Of a stretch of DNA of 64,000 bases, positions 51,511 to 64,000 are shown piece by piece; within the stretch, counting starts at the first letter, position 1, and the number at the start of each line of letters is the position of its first letter. The stretch is from positions 22,692,001 through 22,756,000 of the forward strand of contig NC_043009.1 of the NCBI RefSeq assembly GCF_006345805.1. Direction: 5' to 3'. Made by a program: the position numbers and the translations under genes. Below the pieces are notes generated by a model that worked only from the letters and a program-made list of their open reading frames with translations, was not told the DNA's origin and searched no databases. This stretch comes from Octopus sinensis. Lineage: Eukaryota.

Positions 51511-51547
<37 letters not shown>

Positions 51548-51760
51548 TTGTTGTTTCTGTCTGTGTTTGTCCCCTCCACCATCACTTGACAACTGATACT
51601 GGTGTGTATATGTACCCATCACTTAGCAGTTCAGCAAAAAGAGACCGATAGAATAAGTACTAGGCTTACAAAGAACAAGTCCTGGGGTTGATTTATCAAC
51701 TAAAGGTGGTGCTCCAGTATGCTGCAGTCAAATGACTGAAACAAATAAAGGAATAAAAGA
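51348..51760 (+). mobile_element. OR1-like SINE, full length
   Basis: GCAGGAGTGGTTGTATGGTAAGAAGC...GGTGCTCCAGTATGCTGCAGTCAAATGACTGAAAC. Confidence 0.88.
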
Positions 51761-51774
51761 ATTACACACACACA

Positions 51775-52619
51775 CACACACATAGATAAAACTATACATA
51801 CATATAATATATACGTATATATATATATATGTATATATGCATATATATAAATATATATATTATTTATATTATTATATATATGTGTATATATAGATATATG
51901 TATTTGTGTACATATGTGTGAGTGTGTGTGTGTGTGAATGTATAAAGGGTAGAAAACGTACTCCCTACTGCTCTCTGCACCACACCCCTGGAACAAGATA
52001 ATGGAGTCGGTGCATTTCTACAAAAGTAAAACTCAGACATGCACTCGCAAGTATATCTCTTCAGCTCCCTAAAACAAAAGATAAGACAATACCGAGACCA
52101 AGACCATGGGTGGGCAATCTCCCGTTACATGAGCGACCACCAGCATGATAAGTTCCAAAAGTACCTCACAAAATTATTTAAGGAATTTAACCTAAAAAAA
52201 AAAAAAAAAAAAAAGAAAAGATAAATCTACTGATTAACTTAAGTACTCGTCAACTCCCCACTATGTGCTACTTGTAAGTAATATAATAAGAGAAAATGGA
52301 ATGCAAACCAGCCAGCTATGCTTTTTTTGTGTGTGTTAAATTCTATTTTTATATCACAATGTGTTAAGAATAGTACTGTTGGGCCAGAGGCAGGTTTACT
52401 GGGTTTTTGGTGGTGAGAGCAATAAAAAAGTGTTTGTAATTTGGTGTCAAGGACTTTAGCCTTGTAGAAGACTCAGTCCCAAGAGACCACTGGTTTTTCA
52501 CTGATGCTTGCATTCTTCGGTGATATAAATCAGTAAAAAGATATACATATATATACAACACATACAGATGCATATCTTATTTTCTTTCAGTGTACACAGA
52601 TATATACTTATGCACACAA

Positions 52620-52656
<37 letters not shown>

Positions 52657-53566
52657 CATACACGTAACTTCAGTTCACTGTAATATAATGTCATAAAGTG
52701 TTCTACGCACACACACACACACACACCACACATAGATAAAACTATACATACATATAATATATACGTATATATATATATATGTATATATGCATATATATAA
52801 ATATATATATTATTTATATTATTATATATATGTGTATATATAGATATATGTATTTGTGTACATATGTGTGAGTGTGTGTGTGTGTGAATGTATAAAGGGT
52901 AGAAAACGTACTCCCTACTGCTCTCTGCACCACACCCCTGGAACAAGATAATGGAGTCGGTGCATTTCTACAAAAGTAAAACTCAGACATGCACTCGCAA
53001 GTATATCTCTTCAGCTCCCTAAAACAAAAGATAAGACAATACCGAGACCAAGACCATGGGTGGGCAATCTCCCGTTACATGAGCGACCACCAGCATGATA
53101 AGTTCCAAAAGTACCTCACAAAATTATTTAAGGAATTTAACCTAAAAAAAAAAAAACAAAAAGAAAAGATAAATCTACTGATTAACTTAAGTACTCGTCA
53201 ACTCCCCACTATGTGCTACTTGTAAGTAATATAATAAGAGAAAATGGAATGCAAACCAGCCAGCTATGCTTTTTTTGTGTGTGTTAAATTCTATTTTTAT
53301 ATCACAATGTGTTAAGAATAGTACTGTTGGGCCAGAGGCAGGTTTACTGGGTTTTTGGTGGTGAGAGCAATAAAAAAGTGTTGTAATTTGGTGTCAAGGA
53401 CTTTAGCCTTGTAGAAGACTCAGTCCCAAGAGACCACTGGTTTTTCACTGATGCTTGCATTCTTCGGTGATATAAATCAGTAAAAAGATATACATATATA
53501 TACAACACATACAGATGCATATCTTATTTTCTTTCAGTGTACACAGATATATACTTATGCACACAA

Positions 53567-53599
<33 letters not shown>

Positions 53600-53649
53600 C
53601 ATACACGTAACTTCAGTTCACTGTAATATAATGTCATAAAGTGTTCTAC

Positions 53650-53665
<16 letters not shown>
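51775..53665. repeat. Near-identical 950-bp tandem duplication containing a possible Penelope ORF fragment
   Basis: CATAGATAAAACTATAC at 51781 and 52731. The peptide ...QHDKFQKYL...INLLINLSTRQL weakly resembles the PLE N-terminal (V/I)INLS motif. Confidence 0.85.
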
Positions 53666-53681
<16 letters not shown>

Positions 53682-53684
53682 GCT

Positions 53685-53996
53685 GAGACCCCCTTCAGTC
53701 ATGACTGACTGTGGGATTGCACAAGTTCGGGCAAGGTTGTTTATGGAAAACCAGCAGTCGCCCATGCATGCCGGCCTCCCCTCTCCATGCCATCAGTGTT
53801 ATCCAAGGGAAAGGCAAAGGCTGATACAGCTTGGCACCTGTGACATCGCAACTCATTTCTACAGCTGATTGAACTGGAGCAACATGAAATAAAGTGTCTT
53901 GCTCAAGAACACAACACGCAGCCCAGTCTGGGATTTGAACTCACAACCTCACGATCGTAAGCTCGACACTCTAACCACTGAGCTATGTGCCTTCAC
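53685..53996 (-). mobile_element. CORE-type tRNA SINE (OR2-like head, different tail)
   Basis: CTGGAGCAACATGAAATAAAGTGTCTTGCTCAAG...GGGATTTGAACTC...CTAACCACTGAGCTA. Confidence 0.75.
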
Positions 53997-54023
53997 ATAT
54001 ATACACACACACTCACTGATATA

Positions 54024-54897
54024 CGAGGTGGTATCAAAAAGTTCCTGGACTATTTCTGTAGTGCACCAACAAGTGGCAGCACACAGTTGTGTGCACAGAG
54101 AGAGCTAGCAGTGACTTTCATGAGGTAGTGTAGCAAGTGACATGAGTGTGATTACTTTGTTTTTGTGGTCACGTGTATGCAGTTGTCTGCGATTTTGTCA
54201 TGGACATTAGGTTGGAACAAAGAGCCAACGTGAAGTTTTGTTTTAAACTTGGGAAGTCTTCTACAGAGACACTGAGCATGCTTCAGCAAGCGTACAGTGA
54301 TGAGGCAATGGGTCATACGCAACATTTTGGGTGGCACGGGCACTGGAAGAACATCCCTGGAAGATGAGGGATCTGGAACACCTGCCACGAGTGTAACCCC
54401 CAGAAATGTGGTATTGTACATCAAAAATTCATCCTCCAGGGCCAGACCATCAATCAAAAGTTCTACTGCGACATTTTGAAGTATTTGAGGAAGGCCATTT
54501 GGTGAAAGTGACCGGATCCGTGGAGTGCGAACAATTGGATTCTTGCCCAAGTTTTCCTCACTTGTGAGTTTCTTGCCAAAAACAACATGGTTTATCCTCC
54601 ACACCTGCTCTATTAACCAGATTTAGCACCCACAGAATTCTATCTCTTCATCAAGAGGAAAATGCAGTTCAAAGGTTGCTGTTTTAACACTGTTGTTGAG
54701 ATCCAGGGTGAATCACAGAAGGCCCTCTACCTGCTTATGGAAAATGACTTCCAGGACGGATTCCAAATGTGGCAGGAATGCTGGGACTGGTATATTGCTG
54801 CAGAAGGTGATTATTTTGAAGGAGATGATATTAAAACTGAGGTAAATAAGTTAGTTTTTATTAAACATAAGTCCTGAAACCTTTGGATACTAACTTG
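54024..54897 (+). mobile_element. Decayed mariner-like element with both TIRs
   Basis: TA|CGAGGTGGTATCAAAAAGTTCCTGGACT and a degenerate inverted end; EQRANVKFCFKLGKS, PDLAP and C-terminal AEGDYFEGD. Confidence 0.85.
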
Positions 54898-55227
54898 TCC
54901 ATAAAAGGTAGACATATATATATATGAATGTCTTTATTTTCTTTCTGTGGACACTTCTGTCCTCTGTAACATAATGCAATAAAATGTTCCACATACACAC
55001 AGATAAACTTACAAACTCAATGACATACAGGAAAGCTATACAAACATAAATACATATATAAATATCTGTCTTTACATCCTTTCTAAGTGCATATGTATAC
55101 ATTCTGTCATACCAATACATACACATATTTCCTTTCTATGCAGGCACCAATACACACACTTCCTTTCTAGTATGCATATTGTTTGATTTTATGTCTATTT
55201 TTCCATGCAAGCATATGTATATATATA

Positions 55228-55270
<43 letters not shown>

Positions 55271-55272
<2 letters not shown>

Positions 55273-55640
55273 GCCGTTGGACAAAATAAGGGAACACCTA
55301 GCATCATAATTTTGAAATATCTATAAAAACGTCAAAAGCTTGTTTATTTTTTGTTTTTTGATTTATTATTAGTGTTGCTTAATATGTTTTACTAAAATTG
55401 TTGTTTCTTTTAAGATATCATCAGAAAAAGGTAATTAAAATGACAGATCTATCGGACTTTCAAAGAGGTGAAATTGTTGGTGCTCATATGGCAGGTACTA
55501 GCTTAATGAAAACAGCCGAAATGTTTGGTGTATCAAAAAGTACTGTCTCAAAAGTAATGACAGCCTTTGAAAAAGAGAGAAAAACCTCCTTGTTGAAACA
55601 AAACTCCAGAAGAAAATCAAATCTTTCAGATAGAGATTGT
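55271..55640 (+). mobile_element. Left end of a second copy of the same Tc1 family
   Basis: TIR CAGCCGTTGGACAAAATAAGGGAACACCT; MTDLSDFQRGEIVGAHMAGTSLMKTAEMFGVSKSTVSKV overlaps 50272-50420. Confidence 0.88.
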
Positions 55641-55830
55641 TTTGCTAAAATTGCTGTTTCTTTTCAGAAAAAGGTAGTGTAAAAGACGGTGACAATATAG
55701 TTGAAATATATCATCCAAAAAAACAGATTACCGATTAAACAAAGCCTCGGATACTAGAAATCAAATGGAACACCAAGAAAACAGAATCAAAAAGCTGCCA
55801 GATAAACATAAGAATAATAAGTATACGATT

Positions 55831-56234
55831 AACTGCACATGCTGTAGAAAATATGCATGTCCGCTCCTGAACCAATGTGCTAAAAAAAAAACATAGTATA
55901 TAAATGCATAATCTACACATCTCAATGTAATTATGTGTACATAGGTGCCACTGAAAACCAATTCAAAGTCCATTATCGAAACCACATCTCGTCATTCCAA
56001 AAAATAAATAAATGGGACATGACCTTGCTGGCAGACCTTATATGGGGACTGAAAGAATCAAAAATTAAATACTAAATAAAAGAATGCACATCCATGTACA
56101 TCACGATCTGGAAAATGTGAACTTTGTCTTGAGGAAGCACTGAGTTTTCTACTGAGTAATGAAAATCTAGTGAATAAACATGAGAACATTCCAAGATGTA
56201 ACTACCGTGCCAAATATGCATTTACCAGATGGAA
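55831..56234 (+). pseudogene. Penelope-like element GIY-YIG endonuclease remnant
   Basis: NCTCCRKYACPLLNQC / IVY (55893) ... YIG (55938) ATENQFKVHYRNHISSF...LIWGLK / KCELCLEE...LVNKHE; frameshifted. Confidence 0.8.
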
Positions 56235-57134
56235 CAGTGTATAAGTTATAATTATTATTATTCTATCTTGCTAAACCCACTTTTTACTGCCTTCACGTAT
56301 ATATAGGAGTATTTATGATGGAGTGTTCAGTGATATAACTATGTAGATATAACTATGTACATGGAAATGAGAAGATAAATGTATAAGAGTCTATGTATAG
56401 ATGTGAATGTGTTTATTGATATTTTGGTGAGTATATGTATGTATGTGTGCATCTGAATATATATACATATATTTTTATATATATACATGTATGTGTGTAC
56501 GTGCCTGCGTATGAGTGTGTGTGTGTGTATGGAAACATTCAGTGATGTATGGTATATCGGTGTGTAAGTGATTGTATAAGTATGAGCTAATGGATGAATG
56601 TATTTTGCGCAATGGTACAGTTTGGCATGTGCAGAATAACATGTTGAAACTGAATAAATAAACAGACGTGCACACTGCAGCTCATGTCGAACGTGATAAC
56701 ACACTCATACTGAGCGAATTGAAACTGTCAGCGTTTGTTAGTTTCAAAGAAGCCATGGATGTTGTTGCATGGAAATCTAGATTTACTTACGGAAACAGCA
56801 ACTGAGTATCGCCTGAGGAGATACACATAGATCTTCTTATACAGGTAAATAGTCACATAATTTAATTTAAACTTAACTTTAAATCCTGTATTTATGAGGA
56901 TCTGTATGTATCGTAAAATTTGTAGCAATTAAGAAGCTGCCTAACCATACTTACTGTTCCTTTTGACTCTTTTATTTTGTACTTTTTAATTTCACACACG
57001 AGGAATGCTTAAAACTAGAATTGGTAGCATACCATAAGAATACTACTGGCTATTTGGGAATTCTAAGGGTGAACGAGCTCTATTTCTACTCTTATACGTT
57101 CTTAACAGAACACACCTCAACTGACTATATATCT

Positions 57135-57339
57135 TTTACTCTTACTTGTTTCAGTCATTTGACTGTGGCCATGCTGGAGCACCGCCTTTAGTCGAGCAAA
57201 TCGACCCCAGGACTTATTCTTTGTAAGCGTAGTACTTATTCTCTCGGTGTCTTTTGCTGAACTGCTAAGTTACGGGGATGTAAACACACCAGCATTGGTT
57301 GTCAAGCGATGTTCGAGGAGGGCAAACACAGACACACAA

Positions 57340-57370
<31 letters not shown>

Positions 57371-57535
57371 CATATATACAACGGGCTTCTTTCAGCTTCC
57401 ATCTACCAAATCCACTCACAAGGCTTTGGTCACCCCAAGGCTATAGAAGACACTTGCCCAAGGTGCCATGCAGCGGGACTGAACCCGGAACCATGTGGTT
57501 CGTAAACAAGGTACTTACCACACAGCCACTCCTAC
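57135..57535 (-). mobile_element. OR1-like SINE, full length, low divergence
   Basis: Tail GTTTCAGTCATTTGACTGTGGCCATGCTGGAGCACCGCC at 57148-57186; another head at 57770-57915 (+). Confidence 0.9.
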
Positions 57536-57536
57536 G

Positions 57537-57570
<34 letters not shown>

Positions 57571-58761
57571 GCATTGCTTTACAGCCAGATGCCCTGTATG
57601 TCATTAAACCTTGTCTGCTTTTCAATGGATCAATTACTTCACATGTCTTCAAATGCACAGACCAAACAGATGAATCATTGACAGGAGAAGCAACACCACC
57701 ATTGTTTGTAGCGCCTTTTGTAGAGCACAGATGTAACACACACACACACACATACAGTTGTGGTAGTTGCAGGCGTGGCTGTGTGGTTAAAAAGCTTGCT
57801 TCCTAACCACATGGCTTTGGTTTCAGTCCCACTGTGTGGCACCTTGGGCAAGTGTCTTCTGCTATATCCTCAGGCCAACCAAAGCCTTGTGATCAAATTT
57901 GGTAGACAGAAGTTCATGTCATGTGTATACATGAATGTGAAAGTGCTTTGCATTCTATAAAAGATAGGAGAGAAAATCACACACAAATACATATATATTT
58001 AGATTAGTGAAATAACATTTTAATAGAAATATGATAAGAAAGGGATTAATTATCACATTTTAAAAAAATTCTTCTTTTATTGGTATCAGCCATTTGATTG
58101 TGACCATGCTACAGCATAGGCCTTCATACTTTAGCTTCCAGATAATTCTTTCATATATAATGCTTCTTTATTCACATTGTTTTGAATTGATCGAGCATTT
58201 TTGTGTGGCTTTGGTATCTCCATGATATGATTGTTTACTTTTTAAATGACATTGTCAGGTGGGTGCGAGAGGATGGATATAGGTGGTTTAACTATAAAAG
58301 AAATTTAGGCCTAATATGGCTGGTTTAAAAGCTAACAGGTTAAAGATTTTAGCTGAATAAATCAACACCAAAATTTGTTATTTATTTTGTTTTTGCATAC
58401 AACATGAAATGTAAGCAGGATATTGATCTGTAAGGGAAGATGATTCGAACAGATATTAAACTTGATACAGTAACACAGGACTGCATCAGTCAACCAATCC
58501 TGAAACACATGATATTACAAAAATTGTGCTAACCTTGCTGACATTCATTTCAAAAGAAAATGGGGAATTTGAATCACTCCCTAGAACATGCAGTATAAAA
58601 ACCAAATCCACTGCCACAGGACCACATTATGTCACAAAAAAAAAAAAAAAAAGAAGTAATAGGCATATATGCATATTACAAGAAATATTGCCCCCAAGGA
58701 TGTTTTCAATCAAATGTGCCAGTTCTTACCCTATCCTGATAATTAAAAAAGTACCCCTCTT

Positions 58762-59033
58762 TGGTCACGCAGGTGGCATGTAAAAAAAAACACGATTTTC
58801 TGTGACCATTGCCAGTACTGCCTGACTGGCCCTCGTTCCAGTGGCACGTAAAAGCACCCACTACACTCTCAGAGTGGCTGGCGTTAGGAAGGGCATCCAG
58901 CTGTAGAAACTCCGCCAGATCAAGATTGGAGCCTGGTGCAGCCATCTGGTTCACCAGTCCTCAGTCAAATCGTCCAACCCATGCTAGCATGGAAAGTGGA
59001 TGTTAAATGATGATGATGATGATGATGATGATG
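58762..59033 (+). mobile_element. RTE 3'-tail fragment with one degenerate 67-bp monomer and (GAT)n
   Basis: GTGGCACGTAAAAGCACCCACTACACTC...GGAAGGGCATCCAGCTGTAGAAAC...GTTAAATGATGATG. Confidence 0.88.
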
Positions 59034-60635
59034 ATATGCTTTAACACGTCAACCCTATAGTCTGGTAATGGATCTTAACAGTGATGTGATGCATTTCCGG
59101 TCACACTGCATACCATTTTATTACAAAGAGATGTAATTTTTTGTGTTTTTACAATATTGCGTAATTAGACTTTAATATTTAGCAGTGATGTTATTTGTAT
59201 ATCCTTGAAACCATGTCAAAGATACCAAAAAATATTTTCTCAAATTATGAAAATGCACCGCTGGTGGTGCATATGGCGGATGTGTGAAGTTTGCGATGAA
59301 TCACCAGTGGTACATGTGGCAAGTAACATGTTAAATAAGCAAAAACATGAACCAGCAACCAAGCTTCTATGAGGTCACTCAAAAATGCTAGAAATAGCAG
59401 TCAAATTTTCTTCAAATCACATCTGTTTGTATTAGAATATGGCATACAAGATAGTGTAGTCTTAGGTTCTTTGCACAGAAAAAAAAAAATAAAAAGGAAT
59501 AGGGGATCATCAGAACTGAAATGTCTTTGATCATAAGTGGTCTGGCGGTGCAATTGGGGATGACCTAGGGCTATACAACAGCAACGAGAAACTAAAACAT
59601 TAAATCATGATGAATGTCTAGCAACATAATTCTTTTCACTTTTTTGTGTAAAGAATTTCTCCAACAGCCAAGTACCAAAACAATAAAAAGAAAATACCAA
59701 AACCACTACTAATACTACAACTACTATCACCACCACCACCACTGTTACTACCATCACCACCGCCATCGCAACCACTACAACTAATAACAATAATAATAAT
59801 AATTTGTTTTGTGGAACTTTTGAAGACACAGCATGAAAATGGGTAAAAAGACAATATTTCATGACAACAATAGCACCATTGTCTTTTTCTGTTCCTCATT
59901 ATTATCCCCACCACCACTACTACCAGTACCACCACCATCATCATTGTTATCATAACCACTACAACTACCATCACTAGCATTGCTCAGTCTTTTGGTTTTT
60001 TTTTCTTCTTTTTTTTACCTTTTATTTCAGTTGCTTTTATAATTTTGATGATTCGATTTTGTTTTTCATCTTTTCTTTTGTTCTTTTGAGAGATTTTAAT
60101 TTTGTTAAAAGTTATACAGAAACAAACTGGCTCGTAATTTTTTGTTCTTCAGTCATTCCTTCACTCACATTATCAGTGAATGAGTGAGTTTCAATACTTC
60201 CCAGCATGCATACAAACGAAATGTCCCAGAATGCACAGCAACTAAAGATGACAAACTAGGCAAAAGTTTCGATTCAAAATACGTTTCAGCCACCCTCACC
60301 ACCACTACCATCATTCCTAGTTACCATTCCAATTCTTTCTTTCTATCTTTGGTTTCTTTCAAGATTACTCTTTTCTTTTTGCTGTTATTTTGGTGTTGTA
60401 CTTTGGAGCCCAACAGGACATTTCTTGTCATGAATCAGCCTTGACAAAGTTCTAACATTGACAGACGCAACATTAAGACACATCAAAAGGATGATGGCTT
60501 TTATTTTTTTAATCTTTTTATGAAGTTCAATCAATGTTTGATCTTTCAAGTAATGTGAAGAATAATTAGAACCATTCAACAAATACTTAATGTTTTAATA
60601 AGGTCAGTGAGTTGGAATAATAATAAAAATAATAA

Positions 60636-61372
60636 TTTTTTTTATTGGCCACAAGGGCCCAAGACATGGAGGACAATATCAAAAGATAAGTTACAGCACA
60701 AAATATTACAAAAATATGTGGGGTTAGCATCAATGAAGGGAAGATACTACCACATTAAAGTATATAACAGACGATATATAATAGAAAGTAGAGAAATAAA
60801 TAATAAACAAATAGAATCACCAATATTGGGGCAGTCCACTTAAGGTAATCCGGGGTAAACCCTACACAAAAATCCCAGATTACTTTGTCATCTCCAAGGC
60901 ATGGGAAAGTGCCCTCCTCCAGTTTCTTTCCTCCTGCTTAGAAAAGCATACTCAGATTAGATCCATTTAGTCTCACCAGTCTTGCCACTGTCGACCACCT
61001 TTTGATAAACACACTAGAAGGCAACACCTCCCTCTCAACCCTCATCTTCCTCTTCAAATGATATTTGAAGAAATCGATTAGGGATTGACTAGAGAGGGAT
61101 GTGCCAGTCTTCAACCCTTTCAGATGGGTCCACCACACAGCTTCTTTAGCCACAGCCACTAGGCAGAGAAAGATCTGTCTTCCTTCTCTGCTAAGGGAAG
61201 CGGGTGCATTGATCTTCTGTATACACTTGACAGACAGCTGAATTCGTCTTACACATGACAACAGCTGCTCCACACAATCCCACAACTCTCTAATGCATGA
61301 ATACTGAATTATTGCATACAGGACAGTTTCATCTTCCTGCAAGTATCTTGGGCAAGTTCGGTTGTTGGCACT
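60636..61372 (-). mobile_element. 3' fragment of a Tx1/L1-clade LINE (degenerate CCHC region, AATAAA, A tail)
   Basis: RTCPRYLQEDETVLYAIIQYSCIRELW...VAKEAVWW...FIKRW in ORF 60938-61552; minus-strand AATAAA at 60646-60641. Confidence 0.7.
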
Positions 61373-61579
61373 ACCAATAGTAAAAATCCTTTCTACTATA
61401 GGCACAATGTGTGGTGAGAGGGGGTGAAACAGTGTGACACATTGTGAGTGAGTGCCTGAAATTGGCACAATGTGAATACAAAAAGGTGACATCATAATGT
61501 GGCAAGAATGATCCATTGGAGCTTTGTAGAAATTATGGCCTTGAAAGATCAAAGATGTTTTATGACCAAATCCATGGAA

Positions 61580-61990
61580 GAGTTACTGAGAACGAGGATT
61601 ACAAAATCCTGGGGGATGCCATGATTCAGTGTGACCATCAGATCACACATCAAAAACCTGACATTGTTGTGGTGAACAGAAGAGAAAAAAAAACATGTCT
61701 AACAACCGACATAACCAACATAGCAACTCCTGATGACAACAATATCAAAGAGAAAGAAGAAGAAAAAAATGAACAACTATGATGAACTGTAGTGAGAAAT
61801 ACAAAGGTTGTGGGCAATGAAGAGAACAGACATGATGCCTATAGTGATTGGCATGCTTGGAAGTATTGGTACCCAAGTACAAACCATGGCTCAAAGAGAT
61901 TGGAACAAATGTAAAGATAAAACACCTATAGAAATTATTGCTTAGAACTACAATAGTTATCTGCAGGTTTCTTGAAGCAGAATTTGAACT
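61580..61990 (+). pseudogene. R4/Dong-like restriction-like endonuclease remnant
   Basis: ENEDYKIL.DAMIQCDHQITHQKPDIVVV...IATPDDNNIKEKEEEK, then EIQRLWAMK..MPIVIGMLG. Confidence 0.75.
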
Positions 61991-62094
61991 CAGGCTGTAA
62001 AGTATCAGAATAAATACTACACAGCATTCAACCTGATGCTGTAATGAGTCTGCTAATTCATAACATGGGTGTATGAAGATGATGATGATGATAA

Positions 62095-62531
62095 ATAGTT
62101 TCAAATTTTTAGCACAGGGCCAGTAGTTTTTGAGGGCTGGGAGCAAGTCAGTTGCATCAACCCCAGTACTTGACTGCTACTTTGTTTTATCAACCCAAAA
62201 GCATAAAAGGCGAAGTGGGATTTGAACTTAGAATATAAAGACTCTAAAGTTATACTGCTAATCATTTTGTTTGATGCACTAACAATTTTGCCAGCTTGCC
62301 ATAATGATAATAATAATCCTTTCTACTATAGACACAAGGCCTGAAATTTGGGGGAGGGGATGAGTTGATTACATTGACCCCCAATGTTCAGATGTTACTT
62401 ATTTCATTGGCCCTGAAAAGATAAAAGCAAAGTCAACCTCAGTGGAATTTGAACTCAGAACATGCAGGCAGATGAAATGCCACTGAGCATTTTTCCCATC
62501 ATGTTAATGATTCTGCCAGCTCGCCACCTTA
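62095..62531 (-). mobile_element. Two tandem Meta-like SINEs
   Basis: Same family and orientation as 40627-41410, joined by (AAT)n. Confidence 0.82.
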
Positions 62532-63309
62532 ATAATATTAATAATTTTGAGTTTGTTTGGTACTTGCGTGTTGGGTATCTTCCACAATGCTTAATCTCTA
62601 AGTACCAAGTCTCAAATTCACAGAAAGAGACCCTGTGAAACGCTTGACAACAGGTTGCTTTCTGCTCTCACAAAATCTTACTTGCACTGTTTAACCAGAG
62701 CAATTAAAATCAAGAGCTCTGAGGAGTTAAATTTAATAACAATAATAAATTTCACAATTTCTAATGATAGTAGAGTTGATAGTTAGCATGCATTAGAGTT
62801 GTAATACAGAGAATGAGGATAACACGATAATAGCTGCCATTGTCATTTTTACATCCTATGCTGGCATGGATTGGCCACAACCTTTTGAGGCTGTATTCTT
62901 CAGTTGAATGCTGGTGCTTTTCCTGTCACCAATCCTTACTTGTTTTTCTAGTGAACTGTTTTTTAGTCTGTAGATCATCATGCATTGAAACCATGATGCA
63001 TTGTTTCAGTGATGTAACAATACATTATTGCTACATGATGTATTGTTTAGGGAAGTTGTAAACCAGAGGGTCTCAACCATCTTTCAGCTATGGAACCCTT
63101 TCGTTACTATTTTACTCTAAAGACCCTCATAGACATTTTATGTTTAACCTTTTAGTATTTAATCTGGTCATATCCAGCCCAAATATTTTACCTGTTCCAA
63201 ATCCAACCGTTCACACCCAACTTACAATGTTATTCTGAGAATATACAAACACATTATCTTGAAGCTACAAGAAAATGCAAGATTAATTTAAAGAAATTTG
63301 AACAAATAC

Positions 63310-63460
63310 GCATTACATTTCCATCAACTGAATTCCTTCACAAAGCACTGCTCAGCTTGGGGCTATAGTAGGAGATATTTGCCTAAGGTACCATGCAGTG
63401 GGACTGAACCTGTAACCGCATGGTTGCAAAGCAAACTTCTTAACACACAGCCATGCCTGT
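63310..63460 (-). mobile_element. OR1-like SINE 5' portion
   Basis: CCTAAGGTACCATGCAGTGGGACTGAACC...ACACAGCCATGCCTG. Confidence 0.75.
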
Positions 63461-63569
63461 ACACACACACACACGCATTTATATTTTAGTTTGTTGTTGT
63501 AACATTTAGAATGATTGCCTTATATTTGAATCCTTACAAAACATCTCATATTACAAGACAGATTGCTTC

Positions 63570-63810
63570 AGTGATGATGGTGACAGTGGCTGTAGTAGTA
63601 GTAGTAGTGGTGGTGGTATTAATGGTCGTGGTGATGGTATGGTAGTAGTAACAGAAGTTGTGGCTGTAATAATAGCAGTGGTGGTGGTAATAATAATAGT
63701 GGTTGTGATGGAGGTAGTAGGATGGTTGTAATATGGGTGGGTGGGTAACAGTAGTGGTGATAGTGGCAGTAATAGCAGTGGTGGTGGTGGTAGTAGCAAT
63801 AGTAATGGCT

Positions 63811-63848
<38 letters not shown>

Positions 63849-63900
63849 GGTGATGGTAGTAGTAGTGGTAACAGTAGTAGGTGTGGTGGTAGTAGTACTA
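63570..63900. repeat. Mixed (GGT)/(AGT) trinucleotide repeat; complementary-type tract at ~59700-59960
   Basis: Direct inspection. Confidence 0.9.
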
Positions 63901-64000
63901 GTTTACATAAAAGATGATGACATAAGTATCTTGATTTTTTTCTTTTATTTATTTATTTTCATTATAAATAAAAAAGTGATAACATTTGTAGGGCCGTCCT

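Noticed and set aside
52470-52540. Hammerhead-like CTGATG / CCGAAGA...GAAAAAC in the 950-bp duplication
   Set aside because: The core is incomplete on both strands and there is no consistent stem I or III.
50272-55640. Composite Tc1 transposon spanning 50.3-55.6 kb
   Set aside because: The right TIR precedes the left TIR and the two pieces overlap in coding sequence; they are two separate partial copies.

Overview
AT-rich, microsatellite-saturated eukaryotic DNA. The repeat families (tRNA-derived CORE-type SINEs, RTE/CR1/Tx1/R4 LINEs, Tc1/mariner, piggyBac, Helitron) suggest an octopus-like cephalopod; this is inferred from repeat content, not from a database hit. No complete host gene is visible. 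One well-bounded 233-nt exon (20649-20881, minus strand) and a candidate first exon (~43.6 kb, minus strand) suggest that much of the left two-thirds is intron. The best-supported coding sequences belong to transposons: a near full-length, disrupted RTE LINE (21.6-28.1 kb) with a piggyBac nested in its 5' leader, a 5'-truncated CR1-group LINE beside a 100-N gap, a Helitron helicase remnant, a DD36E Tc1, two mariners, and Tx1, R4-like and Penelope GIY-YIG remnants. The most interesting signals are non-coding. (1) Fold-back elements carry outward-facing minimal hammerhead-ribozyme motifs, and one has a tRNA-like head. (2) A SINE and a LINE share a 3' tail whose stem-loop shows compensatory changes. 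(3) The RTE 3' UTR is a higher-order array of 67-bp monomers. (4) A ~340-bp satellite is fused to an RTE-tailed non-autonomous element. (5) An aborted retrotransposition appears to have been resolved by snap-back, datable against a sister copy. All long Y/I/M/C/H-rich ORFs in the track are microsatellite artefacts.
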